This document shows, piece by piece, positions 11,490 through 27,922 of a stretch of DNA of 64,000 nucleotides. A program made the position numbers and the translations under genes. The notes beneath the pieces were generated by a model. The model was not told the origin of the DNA, searched no databases, and worked only from the letters and a program-made list of their open reading frames with translations. Numbering within the stretch: position 1 is the stretch's first letter; every line of letters starts with the position of its first letter. Source of the DNA: Eledone cirrhosa (Eukaryota); NCBI GenBank assembly GCA_964016885.1, contig OZ024764.1:6324001-6388000 (forward strand), given 5' to 3'.

Positions 11490-11682
11490 AAATAATTGTT
11501 TCTACTTTTGGCACAAACCAGCAAATTACCCAGTGTATTACTGGTTCTTCATTTTATCGACCCCGTAAGGATGAAAGGCGAAGTTAACCTCGGTAGGGTA
11601 GGTTTTGAACTCAGAACGTAAAGGGCCATAACTATGCTGCAAAGCATGGCGTCTGATTCCATACGGATACTGCCAATCCACT
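11490..11682 (-). mobile_element. SINE family B copy (partial second copy at 11985-12083)
   Basis: Reverse complement of the family B consensus. Confidence 0.8.
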
Positions 11683-11689
11683 ACCTTAA

Positions 11690-11988
11690 TGATATTGACA
11701 TTGATGGTGATGGTGGTGATGAGAGTGATGGTGAGAGTGATGGTGGTGATGGTGGTGATGAGAGTGATCGTGTTGTTGATGATTATGATGGTGATGATAG
11801 TGATGGTGTTGATGATGGTGATGGTGGTGGTAGTGGTGATGATGAGTGATGATGATGATGGTGATGATGGTGGTGGTGTTGATGATGGTGATGATGATGA
11901 TGATGAGTGGTGATGGTGGTGGTGTTGATGATGGTGGTGGTGTTGATGATGATGAGAGTGATGGTGTTGATGGTGATGATGGTGATGA
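11690..11988. repeat. (GAT/GGT)n low-complexity tract
   Basis: Direct inspection. Confidence 0.9.
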
Positions 11989-12559
11989 AAGGCAAAATTA
12001 ACCTCAGCAGGATTTGAACTCGAACCGAAAAGGGCCACAACTCTATGCTGCAAAGCATGGCATCCGACCCTCTGCCGATCCACTGCTAGAAGATTTTTTT
12101 TTTACCTACCTACCCTACCCTAGCCAGAATTTTTATTTCAGAGAAGGGCCTCAAATCTCCAGTTTTCTCTAGCTTAGGACTTGAGCAGGTGAAAGTGTGG
12201 CCCTGTTGGGGGGGGGACACACCCCTCTTCACCTTCCATACAACAACAGGTGTTTTACTGATATTTCAAGGTGTTAAACAGGTTTTCTGCTTGTTTTCTC
12301 ATCTGTCCTGTTTGGAAGGACATCTTGTCGGAGCAACAACACCATGTTTGTCTCACATATCGGCCAAATATGTCCCCAGGCTATTGGTTACACACCTCCT
12401 CCAGCTCCTCTATCACCCTGTCGCTACCCTGCTCCACACCTCACCTCACATAACATCACCTACCTGGCTACAACACCCCGCCCCGCCCCGCTGCTAATTA
12501 CTGTTACCTACCTGGTCACCTCTCTCTCTCTCACACAAACATTTCTCTCCGAGTCAACA

Positions 12560-12582
12560 CAACTACCAATACTACCACCACC

Positions 12583-12617
<35 letters not shown>

Positions 12618-12747
12618 CACCACCACTACTACCACTACCACTATTACCACCACCACCACTACTACTACTACCACCACCACCACCACTACTACTACCACTA
12701 CCACCACCACTATTACCACCACCACCACCACTACTACTACTACTACC

Positions 12748-12796
<49 letters not shown>

Positions 12797-12875
12797 TTAC
12801 CACCACTATTATTACCACTACTACTACTTCTACTGTTACTACTGCTACCACTACTACTACTACTATTCCTGCTGA

Positions 12876-12919
<44 letters not shown>

Positions 12920-12998
12920 TTACCACCACTATTATTACCACTACTACTACTTCTACTGTTACTACTGCTACCACTACTACTACTACTATTCCTGCTGA

Positions 12999-13030
<32 letters not shown>

Positions 13031-13092
13031 TTACCACCACTACTACTACTACTACATCAACTGTTACTACCACTGTACTGTTACTACCTACT
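12560..13092. repeat. (CTA/CCA)n low-complexity tract with internal ~120-bp duplication
   Basis: Direct inspection; TTCCTGCTGACACTA occurs twice. Confidence 0.9.
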
Positions 13093-13134
13093 GTATATAT
13101 GTACATATATATATTACTGTGTAAACTCAAAATA

Positions 13135-13165
<31 letters not shown>

Positions 13166-13257
13166 TTTTGTATATATGTAATATATATACACATATATAT
13201 ATATATACATACATATATATGCTACAAGCAGGGAAAAGTGGACAGATAAGAAAAATG

Positions 13258-13292
<35 letters not shown>

Positions 13293-13324
13293 CATATATA
13301 TATATATGTATGTATATATATATG

Positions 13325-13371
<47 letters not shown>

Positions 13372-13464
13372 GTTAACTGTAACTTAGGGAAAGATTATCT
13401 ATATTGTTATTTCACATCAGATCACACCCAGTCTTTTATCTCAGTCTCTCATCATTGACAGTGT

Positions 13465-13519
<55 letters not shown>

Positions 13520-13749
13520 TGTGTATATATATATATATATATATATGTAGGAGGTGAGTTTTATTGTAGCACAATAAAGCAATGCAAATATCGGATAAGT
13601 AGCACTCAACAGTTTATAGGACTGGAGTATAAATAATATAAAATCAAAAGATGGTTAAAAGATTTCCATTTATCCCATGATGATATTTGTTTTTGAAATG
13701 TGCATAATAAAATACATGGAACTCTTTTAACCATCTTTTGATTTTATAT

Positions 13750-13829
<80 letters not shown>

Positions 13830-14071
13830 AGTGTATTTATACGGTCTACCTATCTGCCACATTATCTATACATACATGAATATATATATATATATAAAAG
13901 AGGATAAATATCCAATAACTGTGGAGTATTGGGAGCACCGTCTTACAGGGTGTCTAGTGCCCTTTTTAAAACTTATATATGTATATTACAGTCTGTGATA
14001 AAGTTACTTAGCTTGTCCCACGGACTCAGTGCTTTAAGCCCTTCGATATTTATGCCAAGTTTATTCTACCA

Positions 14072-14370
14072 CATCATCATCATCATCATTTTACATCCGC
14101 TTTTCCTTGCTTGCAAGGGTTGGACGGGTCCTATTCAGCACAGCGTCTCTCCACTTGTCACATCCTTCGTCAACTCCTCGGTGAGTTTCAGCAATCTGAG
14201 GTCTGCTCTCACCACTTCCGCCCATGTATTTCGTGGTCTACCTCTACTGCTTTTCCCTGCTTGCAAGAGTTGGACGGGTCCTATTCACCACAGCGTCTCT
14301 CCACTTGCTGTGCTGAATAGGTCCTGTCCCACCCTTGCAAGCACGGATAAGCGGACGTAAAATGATGATA
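14072..14370. mobile_element. Rearranged RTE family A 3' ends (two minus-strand tails, one plus-strand tail)
   Basis: TTTTCC(C/T)TGCTTGCAAG at 14101 and 14251; inverted GTGCTGAATAGG...GGACGTAAAATGATG at 14310-14369. Confidence 0.75.
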
Positions 14371-14384
14371 TATATATATATATA

Positions 14385-14935
14385 TCATCATCATCATCAT
14401 CATCTTCGTTTAGCGTCTATATTCCACGCTCGCATGGGTTTGGACGGGAGTTTTCCCACTTGAGGCAAGAGTGGTTGTCTTGCTCGCATAGGACTGTCTG
14501 GCGGGTTTTCTACGGCTGGATGCCCTTCCTAACACCAACCACATTTACAGTGTGGAACTGGGAGGTTTTTACCGTGTTACGTACACGGCCACATTACAGC
14601 GTGGACTGTGAGTTTTTTTTGTCGTGACACCTACACAACCTCATTTGTTTCAGGCTAGATGTTGTGGTACCAACATACCTTTACATTGAAAGGGGTGGTG
14701 TGGATGGGGTGTGGGTAGTGGGACCGGGGTGTATTTTGTTAGAGGTGCCTACTGACTGTAGTAGGTTTCACTTTGTATTTAGGTAAGGCGGGTCTTCTCT
14801 ATTACTGTGTAGTGCCAAAGATCTCGGTCCAGTGACATTGTCTTGGAGAGGTGTAAGTCGTCCCAGGTATTTCTGGGTCTGCCTGCTCCGTGGCTACCGT
14901 CTATTTTTATTGCCCTGCACTTTTTTATACAGCTG
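14385..14935 (-). mobile_element. RTE-clade LINE (family C) 3' end and UTR
   Basis: Minus strand KKCRAIKIDG..GAGRPRNTWDD; UTR matches 54376-54730; (GAT)n tail. Confidence 0.75.
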
Positions 14936-14940
14936 TCGTC

Positions 14941-15155
14941 TTTAATAACATATTACATATGTTTCACTGTTGATCAGCTCGAGGTATGATCTATTATTGA
15001 GATCCCATACAGAAACATATCTGAGGATCTTTCGATTCCAGAGTCAGGTTTGATCAATAATAGATGATTCCTCGAGCTGATCAACAGTGAAACATATGTA
15101 ATATGTTATTAAATATGTTATGATGCAACACTGAATCTTTGTCTCTTTATTCTTA
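14941..15155 (+). mobile_element. Fold-back Penelope-like remnant
   Basis: Inverted arms 14941-15000/15055-15113; ends in (TA)n. Confidence 0.7.
15014..15107 (+). ncRNA. Hammerhead ribozyme motif with enlarged domain II
   Basis: AACATAT CTGAGGA [61 nt] GAAA CATATG TA ATATGTT: perfect 7-bp helix I, palindromic helix III, GUA site. Confidence 0.65.
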
Positions 15156-15174
15156 TATTATATATATATATATA

Positions 15175-15432
15175 TTGTTTCCTTGAGCAAGACACTTTAT
15201 TTCGCATTGCTCCAGTTTACTCAGCTGTAGAAATGAGATGATAGGGACTGGGGTCCCTATCATTCCACTGCAAAGTGGTCGTGGAGGTGCCACGGCAAAA
15301 AAAGCACCCAGCACTCACTGTAAATGAGGTTGGTGTTAGGAAGGGCATCCAGCTGTAGAAATCAAGCCAGAATCAGTTCCCGTCCCACCCTTGCAAGCAG
15401 GGAAAAGCGGACGTAAAATGATGATGATGATG
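15175..15432 (+). mobile_element. SINE family A, 5'-truncated
   Basis: Starts at CORE-like block; full RTE-A tail. Confidence 0.9.
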
Positions 15433-15518
15433 ATATATATATATATATAAAGAGAGAGAGAGAGATGGGAAGGAGCAGATTGAATATGATGATGATGATG
15501 ATCATATATATATATATA

Positions 15519-15826
15519 ATTGGTGTGGGATGCTTAAAGTGTCCGTATGCAATAGGCCGTTTGAGCACTTGAAGCTCTTACAAAGCAGAGTATGATATCA
15601 CATAAGAAACGGAGAATCAGTGTTGCGACGAATAAGATTTATTAGACATATTACAATCGTTTCTCTGCCGACCAGCTCGAGGCACGATCGATGCAATGAT
15701 CGCACCTGACTCTGAGAATCGCAAGGTCCTCAGATACATGTCGATCTGGTTGCCAGAGAAACGATTGTAATATGTCTAATAAATTTTAATTCATCGCACC
15801 ATTGATTCTCCGTTTCTTATGTGAGA
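15519..15826 (-). mobile_element. Fold-back element family P3 with hammerhead motif at 15645-15742 (minus)
   Basis: Minus: GACATGTAT CTGAGGA [~60 nt] GAAA CGATTG TA ATATGTC; inverted arms 15598-15668/15752-15824; homologous to 53395-53695. Confidence 0.7.
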
Positions 15827-16077
15827 TATATCTAACAAACAAATAATTTAATCGCTCTACATGGCTGAATACAAGAAATGTGGATCTGAGTTGTTCGAAT
15901 ATTTTCGTATATTAATAATAATATTCTATTCGTTTTCAATTATGCAAACCGCTTAAGCCATGTCAGTAGAATGGCTTTGTCATTGTTGCTCTTGTCTTGG
16001 CATGTAAAGAAGACCGCAGACTCACAACCTCTCGATTGCAAATCCAATTCTCTAACCACTCAGCCACACGCCTTCAC

Positions 16078-16131
<54 letters not shown>

Positions 16132-16237
16132 ATGAAAAATTGAACAGGGACAGAACAGAGAGGCAGTACGATAAATGTTTATTAAATTCACGCTCAGGAG
16201 AGTGGGGGGTAGGATATATATATATATATATATATAT

Positions 16238-16375
16238 ATAACAAAGGAAGTGTGGTAAGGAACCAGATGGACCATAACACACCAGAGTACTCAATACTTA
16301 GGGTAGTAGAGTGGGTAATTGTCCAGAAATAGCCATCGAAACGGCTTGAGCTTTGCCGTCGGGGTCATACTTTTT

Positions 16376-16380
<5 letters not shown>
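16238..16380. mobile_element. Family P1 copy (internally inverted)
   Basis: Matches 10913-11120. Confidence 0.75.
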
Positions 16381-16414
<34 letters not shown>

Positions 16415-16417
<3 letters not shown>

Positions 16418-16480
16418 AGCTCCCATAACTTCCTAAATGTGAAACTTATAAGAATTTCTGTGTTTATCCACTTTATTGAA

Positions 16481-16518
<38 letters not shown>

Positions 16519-16581
16519 AGCTCCCGTAACTTCCTAAATGTGAAACTTATAAGAATTTCTGTGTTTATCCACTTTATTGAA

Positions 16582-16619
<38 letters not shown>

Positions 16620-16771
16620 AGCTCCCGTAACTTCCTAAATGTGAAACTTATAAGAATTTCTGTGTTTATCCACTTTATTGAACTAATATATATATATATA
16701 TATATGATAGCTCCCATAACTTCCTAAATGTGAAACTTATAAGAATTTCTGTGTTTATCCACTTTATTGAA

Positions 16772-16807
<36 letters not shown>

Positions 16808-16969
16808 AGCTCCCGTAACTTCCTAAATGTGAAACTTATAAGAATTTCTGTGTTTATCCACTTTATTGAACTAATATATATATATATATATATATATATG
16901 ATAGCTCCCGTAACTTCCTAAATGTGAAACTTATAAGAATTTCTGTGTTTATCCACTTTATTGAACTAA
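16415..16969. repeat. Composite tandem repeat: 70-bp core + variable (TA)n, 6 copies
   Basis: GATAGCTCCC...ATTGAACTAA starts at 16415, 16516, 16617, 16706, 16805, 16900. Confidence 0.95.
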
Positions 16970-17032
16970 TATATATATAATTTTTTTTGCATTTCTTGAG
17001 GAGACTTTCCAAATATTTCACTATGTTTTATA

Positions 17033-17108
17033 TTGCCTTGTCCGACGAACGAATGAAGACGTTTCTTTCGTATTCGTCTTATTCGGGAAACCTCTGGTAA
17101 TGAGGTAA
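17033..17108 (+). ncRNA. Hammerhead ribozyme motif (core variant CCGACGA) in Penelope-like remnant 16990-17210
   Basis: TTGCCTTGT CCGACGA [GAATGAAGACG...CGTCTTATTC hairpin] GAAA CC-TCT-GG TA ATGAGGTAA; 9-bp helix I. Confidence 0.55.
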
Positions 17109-17220
17109 TTATACTGTATTGTTTATTATACATTAAATTTTGCTCTGGTACTTACATAGAGCACTCTTCACTCCTATGACTTTTTCAATTTTCAACGGAA
17201 ACTTCAATACATATATATAT

Positions 17221-17393
17221 ATAACGAAGGAAATGTGGTAAGGAACCAGATGGACCATAACGCACCAAAGTACTCAATACTTAGGGTAGTAGAGTGGGTA
17301 ATAGGAACGAGTAGGACCCCGACGGCTAATTCTGGACTCCAGAATTAGCCGTCGAAACGGCTTGAGCTCAGCCGTCGGGGTCCTACTTGTTCC

Positions 17394-17396
<3 letters not shown>
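17221..17396. mobile_element. Family P1 fold-back copy
   Basis: Matches 10913-11120 with a deletion between the two GACGGCT repeats. Confidence 0.75.
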
Positions 17397-17433
<37 letters not shown>

Positions 17434-17518
17434 TACATATATACATATATATATGTACATATTTATATATATATATATATATATTTACACATATACATAA
17501 ATGCATATAAACATATAT

Positions 17519-17559
<41 letters not shown>

Positions 17560-17889
17560 TACATCCATAGCCCTATATATCTATTTACTAACACATCTAT
17601 AAGCCTGTCTTCCTGTCCCCTCTACCCATCAATATTACCCTCCATCTACCCCCCACCAGTACCCCCCCTACCCACCCACCCGGCCTGCAGACTCCTCATC
17701 AGCTCCCCCAGTCTTCCACCCCAATTGTTCCACATTGATAAAACTTCTTGTCTACCCCACATCACTAGGGTGGTTCCTCTCACCCCTCCCCTCTCTCCCC
17801 TTCACTGCATTTCCCTTCTATATCTATCCCCCCCCTCACCCCCCCCTCTCTCTCACTGTCATTACTATTACTTCTTGCCTTCCACAATA

Positions 17890-21890
<4,001 letters not shown>

Positions 21891-22142
21891 ATAGATAGCC
21901 CCCTCACCACCAGTACCACTACATTATTAGATCATAACATCCAACACAGGAAGTTATGCCTTGCTTCCTATGCCCCCCCCCCTCCTCCCCCAGTGTTATT
22001 CTCTTCACCCTCTTCCCCCACCCCACCCAGCTCTATAATTCTTCATTGTGTGTGTGTATGCGTGTGTGATCTATGTCAGTGGGTATGTGTGTCAATGCCT
22101 GTGTCCATGTGTATGTATACGTGTTTCTCTGTGTGTATGTTA

Positions 22143-22181
<39 letters not shown>

Positions 22182-22187
22182 CATTTA

Positions 22188-22326
22188 GTCCAGAATTAGC
22201 CGTCGAAACGGCTTGAGCTCAGCTGTCGGGGTCTTACTGGTTCCTATTACCCACTCTACTACCTCAAGTATTGAGTACTTTGGTGCGTTATGGTCCACCT
22301 GGTTCCTTACCACATTTCCTTCGTTA
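22188..22326 (+). mobile_element. Family P1 copy (single arm)
   Basis: AGTCCAGAATTAGCCGTCGAAACGGC...CACATTTCCTTCGTTATATA. Confidence 0.75.
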
Positions 22327-22399
22327 TATATATATATATAGACACATGTTTATGTGTATGTTTGTGTATGTATATATATTTGTGTCTATATATATATAT

Positions 22400-22916
22400 A
22401 TCATCTTGATCACCTTGACCGACCAGTCTGTCGGGCGTCCATTCAGCCCCGCTGGTCACAGCACGCCGTCCATTCCTCTCTAGATCGTGCTTTCCTCATC
22501 CATGTAGTCCCAATCATATTCCTAAAATCGTAACTCCACCCTCGTGGAGGCCTTCCGAGTGGTCGTTTCCGCTCACGCAGGTACCACTCGGCAACTGCGC
22601 GGGCCCACCGATTATCGGTGGCCCGGGCGACGTGTCCAGCCCATCTGAACCTGCTGCACATATATTCCCTGATGACGTCCCTCACGCCGGACTTCTGTCT
22701 GATGACTTCGCTCCTGATGTGCTCTCTCAACGAGATTCCTAGCATTGATCTCTCCATGGCTCTTTGAGCCGTTACCAGCCTCTGCTCTTCTCTCTTCGTT
22801 GTAGCCCAAGTTTCACTGCCTTCGACAGCGTCGAAATCAACGCAGTGCTGAACTTGCTGCAGAGGCAAGGAGTCGAGGCGCAATACGTTCAACTGCTCAG
22901 GGAGGCGAGTTTCGGA
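22400..22916 (-). mobile_element. RTE-1-like LINE (family D), 5'-truncated with inverted 5' segment
   Basis: Minus 22820-22443: GSETW...QRAMERSMLG...RWAGHVAR.TDNRW...KRPLGRPP; plus 22818-22916: AFDSVEINAVLNLLQRQGVEAQYVQLLRE (RT domain). Confidence 0.88.
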
Positions 22917-22926
22917 GATATATATA

Positions 22927-23272
22927 TCATCATCATCATCATCATCTCATTTTACGTCCGCTTTTTCCCTGCTTGCAAGGGTGGGACAGGAACTGATTCT
23001 GGCTTGATTTCTACAGCTGGATGCCCTTCCTAACACCAACCTCATTTACAGTGAGTGATGGGTGCTTTTTTGCCGTGGCACCTCCACGACCACTTTGCAG
23101 TGGAATGATAGGGATCCCAGTCCCTATCATCTCATTTCTACAGCTGAGTAAACTGGAGCAATGTGAAATAAAGTGTCTTGCTCAAGGAAACAACACATCA
23201 CCCGGTCTGAGAATTGAACTCACAACTTTTCGATTGCAAGGCCAATGCTCTAACCACTAAGCCATGTGCCTC
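22927..23272 (-). mobile_element. SINE family A, full length
   Basis: Reverse complement of 2095-2442. Confidence 0.92.
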
Positions 23273-23311
23273 CATATATATATATATATATATGTTGTAA
23301 GGTTGATAGGA

Positions 23312-24290
23312 CCAAGTTGGTATCACCTTTGACCCAGTTGATATCACACCCTTTGACCCAGTTTGTTTCACACTGTGACCCATTTGGTATCACCTTTGAC
23401 CCAGTTGATATCACACTTTGACCCAGTTGGTATCACACACTTTGACCCAGTTGGTATCACACATTACCCCAGCTGGTATCACATTTGACCCAGTTTGTTT
23501 CACATACTTTGACCCAGTTAGTATCACACCCTTTGACCCAGTTGGTATCACAACCTTTGACCCAGTTGGTATCACAACCTTTGACCCAGTTGGCATCACA
23601 CCCTCTGACCCAGTTAGTATTACCTTTGACCGCATTGGTATAACCCACTTTGACCTAGTTGATATCACACCCTTTGACCCAGTTGGTACCACCTTTGACC
23701 CAGTTGGTACCACATTTGACCCAATTTGTTTCACACTTTGACCCAGTTGGTATCACATTTGACCCAGTTGATATCACACATTGCCCCATCTGGTATCACC
23801 TTTGACCCAATTTGTTTCACTCACTTTGGCCCAGTTGATATCACACCCTTTGACCCAGTTGGTATCGCATTTGACCCAGTTATTATCACAACCTTTGACC
23901 CAGTTAGTATCACACCCTTTGACCCAGTTGGTATGACAACATTTGACCCAGTTGGTATGACATTTGACCCAGTTGGTATCACAGCCTTTGGCCCAGTTGG
24001 TATAACATTTGACCCAATTGGTATCACAACCTTTGACCCAATTGGTATCACACCCTTTGACCCCAATTGGTGTCACAACCTTTGACCCAGTTAGTATCAC
24101 AACCTTTGACCCAGTTAGTATCACAACCTTTGACCCAATTGGTGTCACAACCTTTGACCCAGTTAGTATCACAACCTTTGACCCAGTTAGTATCACAACC
24201 TTTGACCCAATTGGTATCACACCCTTTGACCCAGTTGGTATCACACCCTTTGACCCAGTTTGTTTCAAGCGGTTTAGTCCGGTTGGTATC
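23312..24290. repeat. 21-24 bp minisatellite (TTTGACCCAGTTGGTATCACAACC), ~40 copies
   Basis: Direct inspection. Confidence 0.92.
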
Positions 24291-24704
24291 AAACTGTTTT
24301 GGCTGCTATTTCTAGAAAGTGGCTCAGCCATGTTGAGGTTGCCTCCTGTTGTAATTAGGAAGTGATGAGGAGAAGGAGGAGTCATTGATGAGATAACAGT
24401 GGAGCAGTTGTGGGTTATTCTGGTTTGTCAAGTGTGGCCTTTGTCGAGGGCTCAGTGGAGCGAGGCTGGGTGGAATGGAGGGGGGGGGGGAGGGGTGAAT
24501 GTGTCACTGGCTTTGTAAGTGGTGGTGGGGGGGGGGGGATGATTCACCGCTTTCTCATCCTGTCTGATATCTAGTTAGCGATCATAAGACCTTCCTCTCG
24601 CACAATGGAGCGGCTACTGGATGCTCCACCGACTCAGGCGACCAGGAGTCCACATGGCCATGTCACATGCACAGCTGATGTTTTTCACCTACATGCCATG
24701 TGTT

Positions 24705-25400
24705 GTGTGTGTGTATGTAGCTGTATGTGTGTGTATGTATCTGTATGTGGCTGTATCTGTGTGTGTATGTAGCTGTATGTGTGTGTATGTATCTGTATGT
24801 GGGTGTCTGTATGTGTGTGTGTATGTAGCTGTATGTGGCTGTATCTGTGTGTGTATGTAGCTGTATGTGTGTGTATGTATCTGTATGTGGGTGTCTGTAT
24901 GTGTGTGTGTATGTAGCTGTATGTGGCTGTATCTGTGTGTGTATGTATCTGTATGTGTGTGTATGTATCTGTATGTGGGTGTCTGTATGTGTGTGTGTAT
25001 GTAGCTGTATGTGGCTGTATCTGTGTGTGTATGTAGCTGTATGTGTGTGTATGTATCTGTATGTGGGTGTCTGTATGTGTGTGTGTATGTAGCTGTATGT
25101 GGCTGTATCTGTGTGTGTATGTAGCTGTATGTGTGTGTATGTATCTGTATGTGGGTGTCTGTATGTGTGTGTGTATGTAGCTGTATGTGGCTGTATCTGT
25201 GTGTGTATGTATCTGTATGTGTGTGTCTGTATGTGGCTGTATGTATGTGTGTGTGTGTATGTGTGGCTGTGTGTGTGTGTATGTGTCTGCATGTGTGTGT
25301 ATGTAGCTGTATGTGTGTGGCTGTGTGTGTGTCTATATGCATGTGTGTGTGTGTGTCTGTATGTAGCTGTATGTGTGTGTGGCTGTATGTATACATATAC

Positions 25401-25490
<90 letters not shown>
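24705..25490. repeat. Compound (TG)/(TATG)/(GCTG) minisatellite
   Basis: Direct inspection. Confidence 0.9.
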
Positions 25491-25491
<1 letters not shown>

Positions 25492-25669
25492 TGTATGTAT
25501 ATATACGTACGCACATACATAAACAGTCCTATACAGGCAAGACACGGTCACCTGACCAATCTTGCCTCAAGTGGGACAATACCTGTCCAACCCATGCTAG
25601 TGTATACGTGTGTGCATCTATGTATAGACACGTGGTGCTTTGATGTTGGAAGTAGTGATATTGTGAAGT

Positions 25670-26420
25670 GTGGTGGTGGTGGTGGTGTAGTGGTGGTGAT
25701 GGTGTAATGGTGGTTGTGGTGTAGTGGCAGTGGTGGTGTAATGGTGGTGGTGGTGTAGTGGTGGTGGTGGTGTAGTGGCAGTGGTGGAGGTGGTGGTGGT
25801 GTAGTGGAGGTGGTGGTGTGGTGTAGTGGCGGTGATGGTGTAATGGTGGTTGTGGTGTAGTGGCAGTGGTGGTGTAATGGTGGTGGTGGTGTAGTGGTGG
25901 AGGTGGTGGTGGTGATGGTGTAATGGTGGTGTAGTGGTGGAGGTGGTGGTGGTGTAGTGGCGGTGATGGTGTAATGGTGGTGGTGGTGTAGTGGTGGTGG
26001 TGGTGGTGGTGTAGTGGTGGAGGTGCTGGTGGTGTAGTGGCGGTGATGGTGTAATGGTGGTGGTGGTGTAGTGGTGGAGGTGGTGGTGGTGTAATGGTGG
26101 TGTAGTGGCGGTGATGGTGTAATGGTGGTGGTGGTGTAGTGGCAGTGGTGGTGGTGTAGTGGAGGTGGTGGTGATGTAGTGGCGGTGATGGTGTAATGGT
26201 GGTAGTAGTGGTGCTGGTGGTGCGGTGGAGGTGGTGGTGGAAGACGTGGTGGTATAATGGTGGTGGAGGTGGTGGTGGTGTAATGGTGGTTGTAGTGGTG
26301 GTGGTGTATTGGCGGTGGTGGTGTAGTGGTGGAAGACGTGGTAGTATAATGGTGGTGGAGGTGGTGGTGGTGTAATGGTGGTAGTAGTGGTGGTGGTGTA
26401 TGGGCGGTGTAGTGGTGGTA
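25670..26420. repeat. (GGT/GTA)n low-complexity array
   Basis: Direct inspection. Confidence 0.9.
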
Positions 26421-26659
26421 TGAGTGGAAATACCAGCCAATGATCTCTGTGTCTCACTTCTCCTGAACTCTGAGTAATAATCTGTCATATAAAGTCTGTG
26501 TGTCCCCATGTTTATATATATATATATATATAAATATTTTTCATATATATATATATATCTATATATGAAAAATATTTTTTATATTACCCACTCTACTACC
26601 CCAAGTATTGAGTACTCTGGTGAGTAATGGTCTAACTGGTTTTTACCGCCTCCAATCTG

Positions 26660-26693
<34 letters not shown>

Positions 26694-26736
26694 CTTTGAT
26701 GGTAAATGTGTATGTATATATATATATATATATATA

Positions 26737-26850
26737 TAACGAAGGAAAAGTGGTAAGGAACCAGGTGGACCATAACGCACCAAAGCACTCAATACTTAGG
26801 GTAGTAGAGTGGGTAATAGGAACAAGTAAGACGGGGTCTTACTTGTTCCT
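26737..26850 (-). mobile_element. Family P1 copy (partial; diverged opposite-orientation piece at 26583-26660)
   Basis: ATAACGAAGGAAAAGTGGTAAGGAACC...; terminal hairpin ATAGGAACAAGTAAGAC-GGG-GTCTTACTTGTTCCTAT. Confidence 0.7.
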
Positions 26851-26891
26851 ATATATATATATATGTGTGTGTGTTTTTGTGTGTAAATGTG

Positions 26892-26958
<67 letters not shown>

Positions 26959-27071
26959 CTTTGAGTGTAAATGTGTATGTGTATATATATATATATATAT
27001 ATATGTGTAAATGTGTATGTATATATATATATATGTGTGTGTGTGTGTTTCTGTGTAAATGTGTATTTATA

Positions 27072-27360
27072 TCATCATCATTTTACGTCCGCTTTTCCCT
27101 GATTGCAAGGGTGGGACGGGAACCGATTCTGGCTTGATTTCTACAGCTGGATGCCCTTCCTAACACCAACCTCATTTACAGTGAGTGCTGGGTGCTTTTT
27201 TGCCGTGGCACCTCCACGACCACTTTGCAGTGGAATGATAGGGACTGGGGTCCCTATCATCTCATTTCTACAGCTGAGTAAACTGGAGCAATGTGAAATA
27301 AAGTGTCTTGCTCAAGGAAACAACACATCACCCGGTCTGAGAATTGAACTCACAACCTTT
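27072..27360 (-). mobile_element. SINE family A, slightly 5'-truncated
   Basis: Reverse complement of the consensus. Confidence 0.9.
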
Positions 27361-27381
27361 ATATGTGTGTGTTTGTGTGTG

Positions 27382-27428
<47 letters not shown>

Positions 27429-27431
<3 letters not shown>

Positions 27432-27625
27432 AGGTGTGCGTGGCTGGGTGGTTAGAGAATTGGATTTGCAATTGTAAGGTTGTGAGTTCGTTTCCCGGAG
27501 CGGGTGATGTGTTGTGTCGTGTCCTTGAGCAAGACACTTTATTTCACGTTTTCCTTCTACCTGGAGTTGCGAGCAATGGAAACATAGTTTCTTCGGTCCG
27601 ATTTGATGAAGATTGATCGACTGTC
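27429..27625 (+). mobile_element. SINE family C (same head/CORE type as A, different tail)
   Basis: TGGCTGGGTGGTTAGAG...GAGTTCG...CCTTGAGCAAGACACTTTA then CCTTCTACCTGGAGTTGC...GATTTGATGAA; also at 40006-40230 (-) and head only at 16020-16077 (-). Confidence 0.75.
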
Positions 27626-27922
27626 CACATCTATCTCTATTTAGGGCGGGCAAAATTCTCGAGATCCATGAACGAGTTCTCTCCAGCGGTCTCTGTCCCT
27701 TATTATCGCTGCCATGTCCTGCGTCACCAACAGACCAGTGTCTGTCCTTAGGGCATCAACATACGATAACCTCGGTCTCCACTTCCAGTGTGTCCATGTA
27801 GGGGCTCCCACAGGAGCAATGAGTGCAGTGTCAACTGTGAATGTCGGTGAGCATGTCCGGCTAACCTCAGTCTCCTCTGTGTCACTTTTGAGCTGACTTT
27901 TGGGAGGCTCCCGTACAGCTCT

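Noticed and set aside
13634-13751. Hammerhead inside a 36-bp inverted repeat
   Set aside because: Core is ATGATGA and helix II does not pair; probably a decayed fold-back element
25529-26509. His/Pro/Thr-rich extensin-like proteins (also 35808-37632, 48955-49479, 55212-56078)
   Set aside because: Trinucleotide low-complexity DNA open in several frames on both strands; no codon or splice evidence
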